DNA from: Octopus vulgaris
Lineage: Eukaryota
Length of the DNA stretch: 64,000 nt
Direction: 5' to 3'
NCBI GenBank assembly: GCA_951406725.2
Contig: OX597817.1
Location: 166,780,001-166,844,000 of the forward strand
Below the pieces are notes generated by a model. That model worked only from the letters and a program-made list of their open reading frames with translations. It ran no database searches and had not been told where the DNA came from. The position numbers were made by a program, and so were the translations under genes. Shown piece after piece: positions 25,847 through 38,680 of the stretch (within the stretch, counting starts at the first letter, position 1; each line of letters starts with the position of its first letter).

Positions 25847-26190
25847 ATATATATATATATATATATAACTTAACTTAATTTAACTTAATTTAATTTAATT
25901 AAGTAGGTTTGCCATTAAAAAGACCGAAACAATGCATTGTCTAAAGATGAATTAGGGTAAATGTTTTTAAATTTTCCTTTAATTTCTGAATTACTACTAC
26001 TTGGCGGTTTGAGTCCTGGCTGCTCTTTCTAGTGGGTCGAATGGCCTATTAAGGCCATTCCTCAATTGTTGTTGAATTTATATATATACATATATTCATA
26101 TATACGACGGGCTTCTTTCAGTTTCCGTCTAAAAATCCACTCACAAGGCTTTGGTCAACCCGAGGCTATAGTAGAAGGCACTTGTACAAG
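25587..26190 (-). mobile_element. SINE family A with a ~210-bp foreign insert (25867-26080) in its internal (TA)n
   Basis: Both SINE halves are present. The insert shares ttctagtgggt..gaatggcctatt..ggcc..tcct.aattgtt with 49325-49430. Confidence 0.85.
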
Positions 26191-27088
26191 CATTGCATTA
26201 CACCTGTCCTAGATAATATCAGTCTTACCTGGACCCACTACCACTCACGACAAACTACAATGAATAAAAAAAAATATATAGCAAAATAACTATGCATCAT
26301 CTAAGGTTATACATGAGCCACAGTAACTGACAACGTTGGAAGCAAAACCCCGCCCCCAAAAGTTAAAAATGAGAGGATATGGTCATGTGAGAAGCACAAT
26401 TTACTGCTTCATCATGCTTCTGACCTCTCAGTCCCTGCCATAACATGAAAATTCACCTCCAAATACCTCCATCACTTCAGCAATCTATTTGAAACACTCC
26501 CCAGAAATTTATCTCATTCACTCAGCCCAACATAAAGAACATACTCAGCAAGAGATAATAGCAACGTCAGTTGTGTCACTGACTCAAAACACTATGGTGG
26601 GATACACATCATTAACAATAAGTTCAGAGTATCAGTAACTGTTGCACTCAAAGCGATTCCATTTGATCCACAACTGCTGTAGGCACTATCCGAAATTTTA
26701 CATGCACATAGACTGGGCAGTAGAGGCAGTGCACCATCGCCAGACTGTCATACTGTCCCTCTCTATATGATGTCGCGCATGTAACAGGTCAGAGCTTGTA
26801 ATATGCTCCAAAGCTAAAACGTAGACAAATGACTTGCCAGGTATCTTGACAAATGACAAATTACTTGCCAGGTGAATCTATGAGCTGCGTCTTGTTCGTC
26901 TGAATACATCCATATCATAAACTTGCTTGGTTAGGGCTGACCTGAAATTACGCAACAACAGCACAACACCGTATCACTTAACACTACACCACATTAAACA
27001 GTGCCATACTATCCTCTACTACACCACTCCATACTACAGGTTATGTGGTTGATGCACAATTCCTTGAAAGACGACAAGAATCATTTAA

Positions 27089-27455
27089 TCTCTCCATATA
27101 TAAACGGCAAAATGTCTGCGTGTGTGTCCTTTATACAAATCCACAATTTTTCAGTTAGAGGGCTCGCATTTTCTATGGTCAGTCATTCAAAACCGTCCAA
27201 GGGTGGTCATGCACATCTTTACATTTCCCCAATCACCCTGCAAAACCATTAAAGACTCAATAGAAGTGACTTTTTTGTGAATTTTCTATCCAAAACCCAA
27301 TCAAAATACCCGAAACTTGATACACCAATTGAATGCCAGCTAGCTGTATGTGATTGGTAGGAGATTTGGACAGTACCTGCGTGTATATGCGCACGCACGC
27401 AGCAGTATATGCATGCACAAGCACTATGACCCGGAGTTGCCGGGTCATAGTGCTA
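27089..27455 (+). mobile_element. Non-autonomous Helitron
   Basis: Starts A|TCTCTCCATATATAAA and ends with a perfect 14-bp hairpin gcactatgacccgg-agttg-ccgggtcatagtgc plus TA. No TSD. Confidence 0.75.
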
Positions 27456-28541
27456 TATGTTATAAAATTCTATGTTTCTACTGCTACATACATTAAGCCT
27501 TGCCATGTTATCCTCTACTACACCTTTCCATATTACTGGTAACGTGGTTGATGCTTAATTCCTTGAAAGATGACAAGAATAATTTCATACATGCTATAAA
27601 GTTTTATGTATTTATTACTATATACATAAATATATTGCCAGTCTATCGTAAATAAATCATTCTCATTAATCGAAGCTAAGTAAACTGATTATATATTCGA
27701 GTCCGGTTGAGAAATACACTAGAAAATCTTGTGGCTGATTTATTATCCTATCGGATCAACCATTTCGTTTGTTCGTCATTTAGAACTTCCCAAATTAATC
27801 CTGTTTTATGACAGGATGAAACCTATGTTACGGGACGTCGAGAGATAACTGCGATGGAATTACAGTGAACATATGCTCCGTAAAGGAAGAAAATGTGCGA
27901 ATGACTGACTGACTGACTTGTGAGTTATTTTAGTGATTCTGTTTGTTCGACCAGAACTAATTTCACGCGTCGACGATTCCTGTAATTTATGATTTCAACT
28001 GCGGTTCTCAGTGCTTATGTGACAACTTGGTAACCCAACTAATGGTACTTATCTCACAAACAACTGAATATTTCCGGTTAACATCTCTATTGACTTTTTC
28101 CTCGATATCTTCTGTTGAATGATAAATCCAAGACAGAAATAACGCCCCTGCTCGGTTTCAATCTGCAATTTCTGTAAATAGTATTGTCCACACTCACAGA
28201 CACACACACACACGTATACACACATATACACGCACACTCACACCTAGACAAACATGCACTCATATACATACATGCTCGTATTTATTAACATTTAAAATAC
28301 AAATATATCGAGATATATGTATGTACATGCATGTGTGCATATGTATAAAATGTACATATTCATCTTTATATTTATTCATCTATGTAACTATGTATAAGTG
28401 TGTGTATACAGAGGTATGTATGTATGTATGTATATACACATATATGTGTGTGTACATAAAAGTGAGTCGACCTCAATGGAATTTGATCTAGACCATAGCG
28501 ACAGGCGAAATACCGCTAAGCATTTCGCCCAGCGCGACGCC

Positions 28542-28607
<66 letters not shown>

Positions 28608-28610
<3 letters not shown>

Positions 28611-29164
28611 GCCCTGATGCTGTACCAGGCAGTGGCTCTCATGGCTTCTGATCTTAACTGATTGGAAGTGTTATCATGTACATTGTTTTGTCTTGGTATA
28701 AAAGATGGGCTACAGCAAATATTCTGCTCAATATCACAGATTTGCTTGTCAGTTGTTTGACCTTAACCAGTTGAGCATGTCCCTTAGTGGCTGACGATAT
28801 GTGCATCTCTGATCACGAGCAGAAGTAGTGGGGGTGCATCATAGCCATGTGTTGAGTGGGATTCTTTGGGGTTTGAATAATTCACCTCTGGAAACATGGG
28901 TGGTTCTTTCAACATCCTTAAACAACCCTTATTCAGGGACCTTTTGAGCGGGATGGGCTACTCAACCTGAAGAAAATTCTAACTGGGCTCCACCTGCAAG
29001 GTCATGTGCTATTTATCTTGATATGAGATCACCATGTCGCGCACATATGGTTGTGATGCATGTGCCTGGTGTACCCTTATCAGACGGGTAGTCATGATGG
29101 GTATATTGGGCTTCGTATATTTTACCCCAGTGTCACTTTGATGGCATGAACTGTTCTCTCACTC
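28608..29164 (+). mobile_element. ~555-bp non-coding element bounded by (AAT)n on both sides (probable 3'UTR of a TAA-targeting LINE)
   Basis: Complex sequence sits exactly between (AAT)n at 28543-28608 and 29165-29190. The identity is inferred from context only. Confidence 0.5.
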
Positions 29165-29190
29165 AATAATAATAATAATAATAATAATAA

Positions 29191-29460
29191 TGGGAATGAT
29201 AGCAAAAGGGGCTGATTGCTACCTAACTCAGATACCAGGAAACCCCAAAATGGCAGAAATTCAAAAGATAGTGCTCATGGGAATTGTTCATATCCTACGC
29301 AAAATACTTTCTATGTAATCTCAAGTTTTAAAACAAACATAATTTTCGTATGGTTTTTTAGGCATTCACTAGTACAACACTAACATGAACTTCCAGCTTG
29401 TTGTCTCTTGAGGTCTCTGAGTGAGACTTGGAGCCAGCTTGTGCAAATGTAAAGCAAAAG
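29191..29460 (+). mobile_element. 5'-truncated copy of the R4/Dong-like LINE 3' end
   Basis: Aligns to 462-790 (GMIAKGAD.YLTQIPGNPKMAE.QKIVLMG..HILRKILSM* plus UTR). Confidence 0.92.
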
Positions 29461-29462
29461 TA

Positions 29463-29544
<82 letters not shown>

Positions 29545-29583
29545 GAGACAAGCTAGATAGATAGATTGATAGATAGATAGATC

Positions 29584-29622
<39 letters not shown>

Positions 29623-29643
29623 GGATGGATGGATAGATGGGTG

Positions 29644-29718
<75 letters not shown>

Positions 29719-29719
29719 G

Positions 29720-29798
<79 letters not shown>

Positions 29799-30167
29799 GT
29801 GGGTGTGTGTGAATATACATAATCCCCCTATTGACACATACATACCCAAACATGTACTGAGTTGGGTGGGGACAAATAATTACAAATAAACGAAAGATTT
29901 GTCCTAGACGGAATTCCAGCATCTCTAGATTTGTGAAATCATAAAATATAACATAACCACCCGTACGCCAGCATTACTAACCATTTATCGTTTGTCATCA
30001 TTATTGTCATCGTTACCATCCTCATTATCACTCATCGTCGTCGTCATCATCATCAACGTCCTCCTCGTCGTCATCGCTGTCATCATCATCAGCAGCATTA
30101 GCAACAGCTGAGGTGGCAGAAGCGGCAGGGGCGGCACTAGAAATTGCTATTGTCTTTTTTTTGCAGC

Positions 30168-30221
<54 letters not shown>

Positions 30222-30292
30222 GGTGGTGGTGGTGGTGGTGGTGGTGGTGGTGGTGGTGGTAGTAGTAGTGGTGGTGGTGGCGGTGGTGGTAA

Positions 30293-30341
<49 letters not shown>

Positions 30342-30342
30342 G

Positions 30343-30387
<45 letters not shown>

Positions 30388-30577
30388 TATTGGTCGGTGG
30401 ATTGGCAAAGTAAATAGAATAATGGGCAAAATGCTTCGCAGCATTCAATGACGTTCCTTTTTAATATCTGAGATCAAATCCAACTGAAGTCGGTTCTGTC
30501 TTTTATCGTTTCAGGGTCGATAAAATAAAATACCATTACCAATCAATAACTGGTGTTGTTTTAACAAAATTGTACAT

Positions 30578-30723
30578 GGCGCAGGAATGGCTGTGTGGTA
30601 AGTAGCTTGCTTACCAACCACATGATGCCCGGGTTCAGTCCCACTGCATGGCACCTTGGGCCTATCAAAGTCTTGTGAGTGGATTTGGTAGACGGAAACT
30701 GAAAGAAGCCCGTCGTATAAATG

Positions 30724-30806
<83 letters not shown>

Positions 30807-31012
30807 TTGTGTGTCTGTGTTTGTCTCCAACATCGCTTGACAACCGATGCTGGTGTCTTTACGTCCCCGTCACTTAGCGGTTCGGCAAAAGAGAACGCTA
30901 GAATAAGTACTAGGCTTACAAAGAATAAGTCCTGGGGTCGATTCACTCGACTAAAGATGGTGCTCCAGCATGGCCGCACTCAAATGACTGAAACAACTAA
31001 AAGAGTAAAAGT
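30578..31012 (+). mobile_element. SINE family A
   Basis: Head, internal microsatellite and tail are present, with a small internal deletion. Confidence 0.9.
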
Positions 31013-31524
31013 GTTTCTCTCCTCTCTCTCTCTCTTCCCTCTTTCTCTTCTCTACCTACCCTCTCTCCCCTCTCTCATCTATCTCTTCTTTCTCCCCCTC
31101 TTTTTCTTGTGTCTCCCCCTTTCTCTTTCATCTCTCAACCTCTTTTTCTCAAATTTGAAACTCTGTACCTGTGTAACAAATCAGTTATTGCTACTGTGAC
31201 GTTGAGGCATGCATGGCAGATTCTGTTGTTGTTGTTGTTGCTGCTGCTGCCGTTCTTTCTATTGTTATTGTTGCTACCTCTGTTGCTATTGTTGCTGCTG
31301 TTAATATTGTTGCTGTTGTTGCAACTGCTGCATTCATTTACACCATGGCAGCTCTGATTGACCATACATATTTAAGGCTAAAGGCATTTCCAATCACAAC
31401 CGTTTCACTTTATTTTTTTATTTTTTAGCTCTTACGAGATTTTGATATTACCATCTCTAATACACCTCCCGAATAAGTAGATTTTGACATTACCATATCA
31501 TTGTCATAATCACCTATCAAATAA

Positions 31525-32270
31525 ATAGAACATTTTCCATATTTAGGCAACCTTTTATCAAACAAGTGTACCTTAGAAAAAGGATGTGGAACACAGAAGT
31601 GAAACTACACACGGGGCATTTGGAAAGTTAATCAAAGGCGTCTTCAAGAACAAAGACCTGAACTCGACAATGAAAATGATCGTTTATAATGCTGTTGTCA
31701 TTTCAACCTTGCTATATGGCTGCCAAATTTGGATTTTATATCGTTGCGACATCCAAAATTTAGAACGCTTTCAACAACAGAAGCTTCGTTTAATCCTGAG
31801 CATCAAATAGGAACACTATGGGACCAACAACAAGGTCTTGAAATGAGCCAACAGTGAAAGCATCGAATCGCTGATCACGAAACACTGTTGTAGATGGTCA
31901 GGACGTGCAGCAAGAATGGAAAACTCAGTGTTACCACACCAAGTCTTATTCAGCGAGCTCACTTCAGGGAAAAAACTACGGGGTTGCACTCTTCGAAAAT
32001 ACAAGGACCAACTCAAAACGACACTGAAAGCCACTGGATTTGAACCTAAATCGTTTGAGTTACTAGCCCGGGACCGTACAAAGTGGCGGTGATCTATCAG
32101 CATAGGAAACACAAATTTCGAAGCCTCCAGAAGAGAAAAGAAGGTAATCAAACAAGAGAGAAGGGCCCGATAAAACCAGTCTGATCCTGAACCAACATTG
32201 ACCTGCAACCAATGGCATCGGCTCTTCTATGCAATAATTAATCTACGCCATCGCCATAAAGGAAACGGTC
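31525..32270 (+). pseudogene. RTE/BovB-clade LINE, degenerate 3' part of the RT ORF
   Basis: IEHFPYLG..AFGKL..VYNAVVISTLLYGCQIW..LERFQQQKLRLILSIK*..RWSGRAARM..LPHQVLFSEL..G..RKYKDQLKTTLK..LARDRTKWR*, with several stops. Confidence 0.92.
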
Positions 32271-32370
32271 AGCGAAGAAGAAAATAAAGTCGAAAGAGAA
32301 AAAAAATTGACGATGATTTGTGTGCGTGTGTGTGTGTGTGTGTATGTGTGTGTGTGTGTGTGTGAATATG

Positions 32371-32532
32371 TGCGTAGGAGTGGTTACGTAGTAAGTAGCT
32401 TGCTTACCAACTACATGGTTCCGGGTTCAGTCCTACTGCGTGGCATCTTGGGCAAGTGTCTTCTACTATGGCCCCGGGCCGACCAAAGCCTTGCGAGTGA
32501 ATTTGGTAGACGGAAACTGAAAGAAGCCTGTC

Positions 32533-32602
<70 letters not shown>

Positions 32603-32724
32603 ATGTATGTATGTATGTATGTATGTATGTATGTATGTATGTATGTATGTATGTATTATGTATGTATGTATGTATGTATGTATGTATGTATGTATGTATG
32701 TATGTATGTATGTATGTATGTATG

Positions 32725-32758
<34 letters not shown>

Positions 32759-33237
32759 TGTATTATGTATGTATGTATGTATGTATGTATGTATGTATGT
32801 ATTATGTATGTATGTATGTATGTATGTATGTATGTATGTATGTATGTATGTATGTATGTATGTATGTATTATGTATGTATGTGTGTATGTAGGTATGTAT
32901 GTATGTATGTATGTATGTATGTATGTATGTATGTATGTATTATGTATGTATGTATTATGTATGTATGTATGTATGTATGTATGTATGTATGTATGTATGT
33001 ATGTATTATGTATGTATGTATGTATGTATGTGTCTGTGTTTGTCCCCTGCCAAATCGCTTCACAACCGATGCTGGTGTGTTTACGTCCCCGTAAGTTAGC
33101 ATTTCGGCAAAAGAGAACGATAGAATAAGTACTAAGCTTACAAAGAATAAGTCGTAGGGTCGATTTGCTCCACTAAAAAGCGGTGCTCCAGCATGGCCGC
33201 AGTCAAATGACTGAAACAAGTAGAAGAGTAAAAGAGT
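32371..33237 (+). mobile_element. SINE family A with a ~500-bp expanded internal (TA)n/(TATG)n
   Basis: Head at 32371-32533 and tail at ~33030-33237. Confidence 0.9.
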
Positions 33238-33329
33238 ATGTGTCTGCATGTGTGTGTATGTGTGTGTGTGTGCGTGTGTATGTGTGTATGTGTGTGTGTG
33301 CATGTTTGTGTATGTGTGTGTGTGTATGT

Positions 33330-33423
<94 letters not shown>

Positions 33424-33523
33424 ATGTTTGTGTATGTGTGTGTGTGTATGTGTGTATGTGTGTGTGTGTGCATGTTTGTGTATGTGTGTGTGTGTATGTG
33501 TGTATGTGTGTGTGTGCATGTTT

Positions 33524-33609
<86 letters not shown>

Positions 33610-33612
33610 ATT

Positions 33613-33646
<34 letters not shown>

Positions 33647-33683
33647 TGTGTGTGCATGTTTGTGTATGTGTGTGTGTGTATGT

Positions 33684-33730
<47 letters not shown>

Positions 33731-33820
33731 TATGTGTGTGTGTGTGCATGTTTGTGTATGTGTGTGTGTGCATGTTTGTGTATGTGTGTGTGTGTATGTG
33801 TGTATGTGTATGTGAGTGTT
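33238..33820. repeat. Long compound (TG)n/(TATGTG)n microsatellite
   Basis: Directly visible. Confidence 0.97.
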
Positions 33821-34185
33821 TGTGTCCTATAGACACGACTATATCAAATGTTGTCCCCTTTTTGTTTTAAGACAACAGTATTTAATATGAAGGAGAACCA
33901 GCTACTATTTCTTGCAGTTTAAGCGACAATATATCACTTATTTCTTTCGATATTGTTATTGTTCAGTTAAGATAGGGTTGATACAACAGTCCTATGATGA
34001 AGATCTTTCCAGCCCTGGTCATCATTTGTTTATTATGTACAGGGAAGTTAGAACCACATTATTCGGCAGGTCCTATTTTCAAGACAGTAGATTATGAGTT
34101 GAGGTAGATTTTTAGGCTATGTGTGGCCAGTTTAGTCACAACATAGGGAATCCCATGAACCCGTGTTAGCTCGAGTCCTGACAAG

Positions 34186-34237
<52 letters not shown>

Positions 34238-34256
34238 CAGCAGCAGCAGCAGTAGC

Positions 34257-34311
<55 letters not shown>

Positions 34312-35434
34312 AGGGGGGGATGCGCTGTAAGATCGCGTCGCTGCATCCACCATTTGTTGGTGATTTCCCACTAGCCTTGGCGGATGACACCCTTTCATCA
34401 CTCAAGCGAGAACCCTCCAACGCATGGTTTTGTCTGGGTAATAGTAGTAGTAGTAGTAGTAGTAGTAGTTGTTGCTGTTGAGGGTTTTTGCGAGGTCGGG
34501 GTGAAAATCCTACCACAACCTATTTTCGTCGCCTTTTACAACTCGCACATGAAACGTTGGTTGTAATCTTTGACACGTCGGTCCCCACAAAGCACCTAAC
34601 GAAAATATTGGAGAAAATCTGCTGCTCATCCCGCTCCTATGGTGCCGTGTTCTGTCCTATTGTGTGATACATTGGGCAACTGTCTTCTACTTTGGCACCA
34701 GGACGACCAAAGTTCTGTGAGCAGTTCAAAGTAAAGGCCACTTTTTTCTATCATAGTTCAACATTTGTCATTGGCACCAGCGGACAAAATGGAAAGGGCG
34801 TTGCCCTGGTTTGGGGTAACCAACATTTACGCAAACAATAAACAGCAAAAAAGAAGCCCGTTGTAGATGTGTGTATGTGTGTGTATGTGTGCTTGTGCCT
34901 GTCATCCTCCACCGTTTAACTGGTGTTGGTGTGTTTACGTCCCCGTAACTTATCAGTTCTTAAGGGTACTGTTGTTGTTGTTGTTAATAGAGGAGGCAAC
35001 GATGGTGAGAGTACGATAGATGCGAGTGTGGAAGGTAAAAGAGGGAAATAGGGGTAACAAGTGGTGACGAGGGTATCTGGTGGTGGTGGTGGTGGTGGTG
35101 GTAATTGAGGGGGTAGTGGTGATGGTGATTGTGATGGCAGTTGTGGCGGTTGTGATAATGGCGATGATGTTGGTGGTGGTGATGGTGGTTTTGGTAGTGG
35201 TGATGGATGGGGTGTTGGTAGTGATGTGATGACGGTAGTAGTAATAGTGGTGGTAGCAATGCTATACGAAGCGGAGATGGAAGAAGAGAAGGATGTAAAA
35301 GAGGAGGAGGAGGAGGTGTAAAGAGGGACACAGAGACAGAGAGTCAGGGGGTGAGACAGAGGAAGGGAAATTGAGAGAGAGGGAGAGAGAGAGAGGGAAG
35401 GAGAGACAGGGTGATGGAGAGATTGACAGAGAGT

Positions 35435-35474
<40 letters not shown>

Positions 35475-36029
35475 TAGAGATATAGAGAAGAAGCGACAGA
35501 TCAATGGAGCATGGAGTGACAGTTGCATGACAGCTAAGCTTCATCACTCACTCACTGTCACTCAAACGTCCACTCACACTTTGTACAAGTTTCGCTCACA
35601 CTTATACCCACTCACTCCAAAATACAATTTCCCTCACACGCAGCCCCTTCCCCCATCCCCACCATCACTCTCTCTCTCTTTCTGTTTCTTTCTCTTCTCT
35701 CATTCTCTTTCTCTGTCTCTCTCTCTCTCTCTCACCTTTATTCAATCCCTCTCTCTCCATTTTCTAATATTTCTTTTTGTCTTAGTCCAAAAGTGACCAC
35801 CACCACCACCACCATCACCACCAAAACCATCATTATCACTATCATTATCACCATATGCCCCAGCAGCAGCAGCAGCAGCAACCCATACCGTCACCACCAC
35901 CATCACCTTCATCATCATCACCATCATCAAGAACACCATTGATGAGGATGGCACAGTAAGCACCACCACCACCATCACCACCATCGCCACTACCATTTCC
36001 ATCACTGGTAGAATACCATCAATAACATA

Positions 36030-36060
<31 letters not shown>

Positions 36061-36089
36061 TTGCTGCTGCTGCTGCCGCTGCCGTTGCT

Positions 36090-36897
36090 ACCACTACCAC
36101 CACTACCATCACAACTACTATCACCACCATCACTACTACTACCACTACCACCAGCACCACTCTACCACCCCTACCTCCATCACCATCACCACCATCACCA
36201 CCACCACCACCATCACTACCACCATCACTACCACTACCACTACCACCACCAGCACTCCACCAGCACTCCACCACCCCTACCTCTATCACCACCATCACCA
36301 CCATCACCACCACCACCACCATCACTACCACCATCACTACCACTACCACTACCACCACCAGCACTCCACCAGCACTCCACCACCCCTACCTCTATCACCA
36401 TCACCACCATCACCACCACCACCACCATCACTACCACCATCACTACAACTACCACTACCACCACCAGCACTCCACCAGCACTCCACCACCCCTACCTCTA
36501 TCACCATCACCACCATCACCACCACCACCACCATCACTACCACCATCACCATCACTACCACTACCACTACCACCACCAGCACTCCACCAGCACTCCACCA
36601 CCCCTACCTCTATCACCATCACCACCATCACCACCACCACCACCACCATCACTACCACCATCACCACCACCACCACCATCACTACCACCATCACTACAAC
36701 TACCACTACCGCCACCAGCACTCCACCAGCACTCCACCACCCCTACCTCTATCACCATCACCACCATCACCACCACCACCACCACCATCACTACCACCAT
36801 CACTACCACTACCACTACCACCACCAGCACTCCACCAGCACTCCACCACCCCTACCTCTATCACCATCACCACCATCACCACCACCACCACCACCAT

Positions 36898-36929
<32 letters not shown>

Positions 36930-36930
36930 A
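36090..36930. repeat. C/A-rich minisatellite of ~7 units of ~105-140 bp built from CAC/CAT/CTA triplets
   Basis: Recurring anchor ccagcactccaccagcactccaccacccctacctctatcacc. Confidence 0.9.
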
Positions 36931-36972
36931 CTATTGTCAGTGTTGTTGCTGAAGCTGCAGCTGTGACTTTTA

Positions 36973-37007
<35 letters not shown>

Positions 37008-37139
37008 ACTTGTTGATATTCTCCGCTGCTGCTGCTGCTGCTGCCGGTGTTGTTTACAACTGTTGCTCTCACTACTGCTGCTGTGCTTCTATTGTCGCGG
37101 TCGTAGTTCTGGTTGTTGTTGTTGTTGTTGTTGTTACTG

Positions 37140-37172
<33 letters not shown>

Positions 37173-37289
37173 GTTGTTTGCTTGCAAGATGTCCTGTCCT
37201 GCAAAAATGACGGAGCAAAGAGTGATCAGGGAGAGCATGGTGAGTAACATTAAAAAAAAAAAACCCATTTAAAGCCGAAATGACACAAA

Positions 37290-38680
37290 AAAAGAAAAAA
37301 CCCCGCTTGTAACGTTTATGATGTTGTTTTTAACGAATGCTTTTTTTTTTTCGAGTCTAGATGTGCGCGTATGTGTGTAGCTGTATAAGTGCGTTTGTAT
37401 GTATGCGTTTTGTAATTTTGCATAATCCATCTCTACATGTTGTTGTTTGTATTTTGTAGCATAACATTTAAAGCCAAAAAGAAAAACAAACTTGTAACGT
37501 TTATGATGTTGTTTTTAACGAATGCTTTTTTTTTTTTTTCGAGTCTAGATGTGCGCGTATGTGTGTAGCTGTATAAGTGCGTTTGTATGTATGCGTTTTG
37601 TAATTTTGCATAATCCATCTCTACATGTTGTTGTTTGTATTTTGTAGCATAACATTTAAAGCCAAAAAGAAAAACAAACTTGTAACGTTTATGATGTTGT
37701 TTTTTAGCACGCCGGGAGAAATGCTTAGCGGTATTTCGTCTGTCGTTAAGTTCTGAGTTCAAATTCCGCCGAGGTCTACTTTGCCTTTCATCCTTTCGGG
37801 GTCGATTAAATAAGTACCAGTTTTGCACTGGGGGGGAGTCGATGTAATCGACTTAATCCGTTTGTCTGTCTTTGTCCTCTCTGTGTTTAGCCCCTTGTGG
37901 GTAGTAAAGAAATAAGTATTTCATGTGTCGCTACATTCTGAGTTCAAATTCCGCCAAGGTCTACTTTGCCTTTCATCCTTTCGGGGTCGATTAAATAAGT
38001 ACCAGTTACGTACTGGGATCGATATAATCGGCTTGATCCGTTTATCTGTCCTTGTTTGTCCCCTCTGTGATTAGCCCCTTGTGGGTAGTAAAGAAATAGG
38101 TATTTCGTCTGTCGCTACGTTCTTAGTTCAAATTCCGCCGAGGTCGACTTTGCCTTTCATCCTTTCGGGTTCGATAAATAAAGCACCAGTTTCGCACTGG
38201 GGGTTGATGTAATCGACTTAATCCGTTTGTCTGTCCTTGTTTGTCCTCTCTGTGTTTAGCCCCTTGTGGGTAGTAAAAGAAATATATATCTAGATATGTG
38301 CGTGTGCGTGTAGCTGTGAATATGTGTTTGTATGTATGCGTTTTGTACTTACGTGTAACCCATCTGTATATATCGTTGCTGTTGTTATTGCAGTTGATGT
38401 CGTTGTAATTGTGATTGTTATTATTGTATGGGAGTAGCATAACATTTATAGCCCAAAAGAAAAACAAACTTGTAACGTTTATGATGTTGTTTTTAACGAA
38501 TGTCTTATACTATATCTAGATATGTGCGTGTGCGTGTGCGTGTAGCTGTGAATGTGTGTTTGTGTGTATGCGTTTTGTACTTACGTGTAACCCATCTGTA
38601 TATATTGCTGTGGTTGTTGTAGCAGTTGTTTGTCTTTGTTATTGTGGTTATTATTATTGTATGAGAGGTAGTAGTAGTGG
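37290..38680. repeat. ~185-190-bp tandem repeat (about 4 units) interrupted by a SINE B array
   Basis: Anchor cttgtaacgtttatgatgttgttttt at 37306, 37491, 37679 and 38469. Confidence 0.9.
37704..38284 (+). mobile_element. Head-to-tail trimer of SINE family B
   Basis: Three units (~37704-37915, 37916-38098, 38099-38284). The later two restart at gtatttc.t.tgtcgctac. Confidence 0.9.

Noticed and set aside
36061-36930. 289-aa Pro/His/Thr-rich ORF resembling an extensin or mucin
   Set aside because: It is a triplet-derived minisatellite whose units change reading register. There is no ATG start or splice context.
37290-38680. Repeat-spacer-like periodicity suggesting a CRISPR array
   Set aside because: The units are ~190-bp whole tandem duplications or SINE multimers without unique spacers. 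The context is eukaryotic and has no cas genes.
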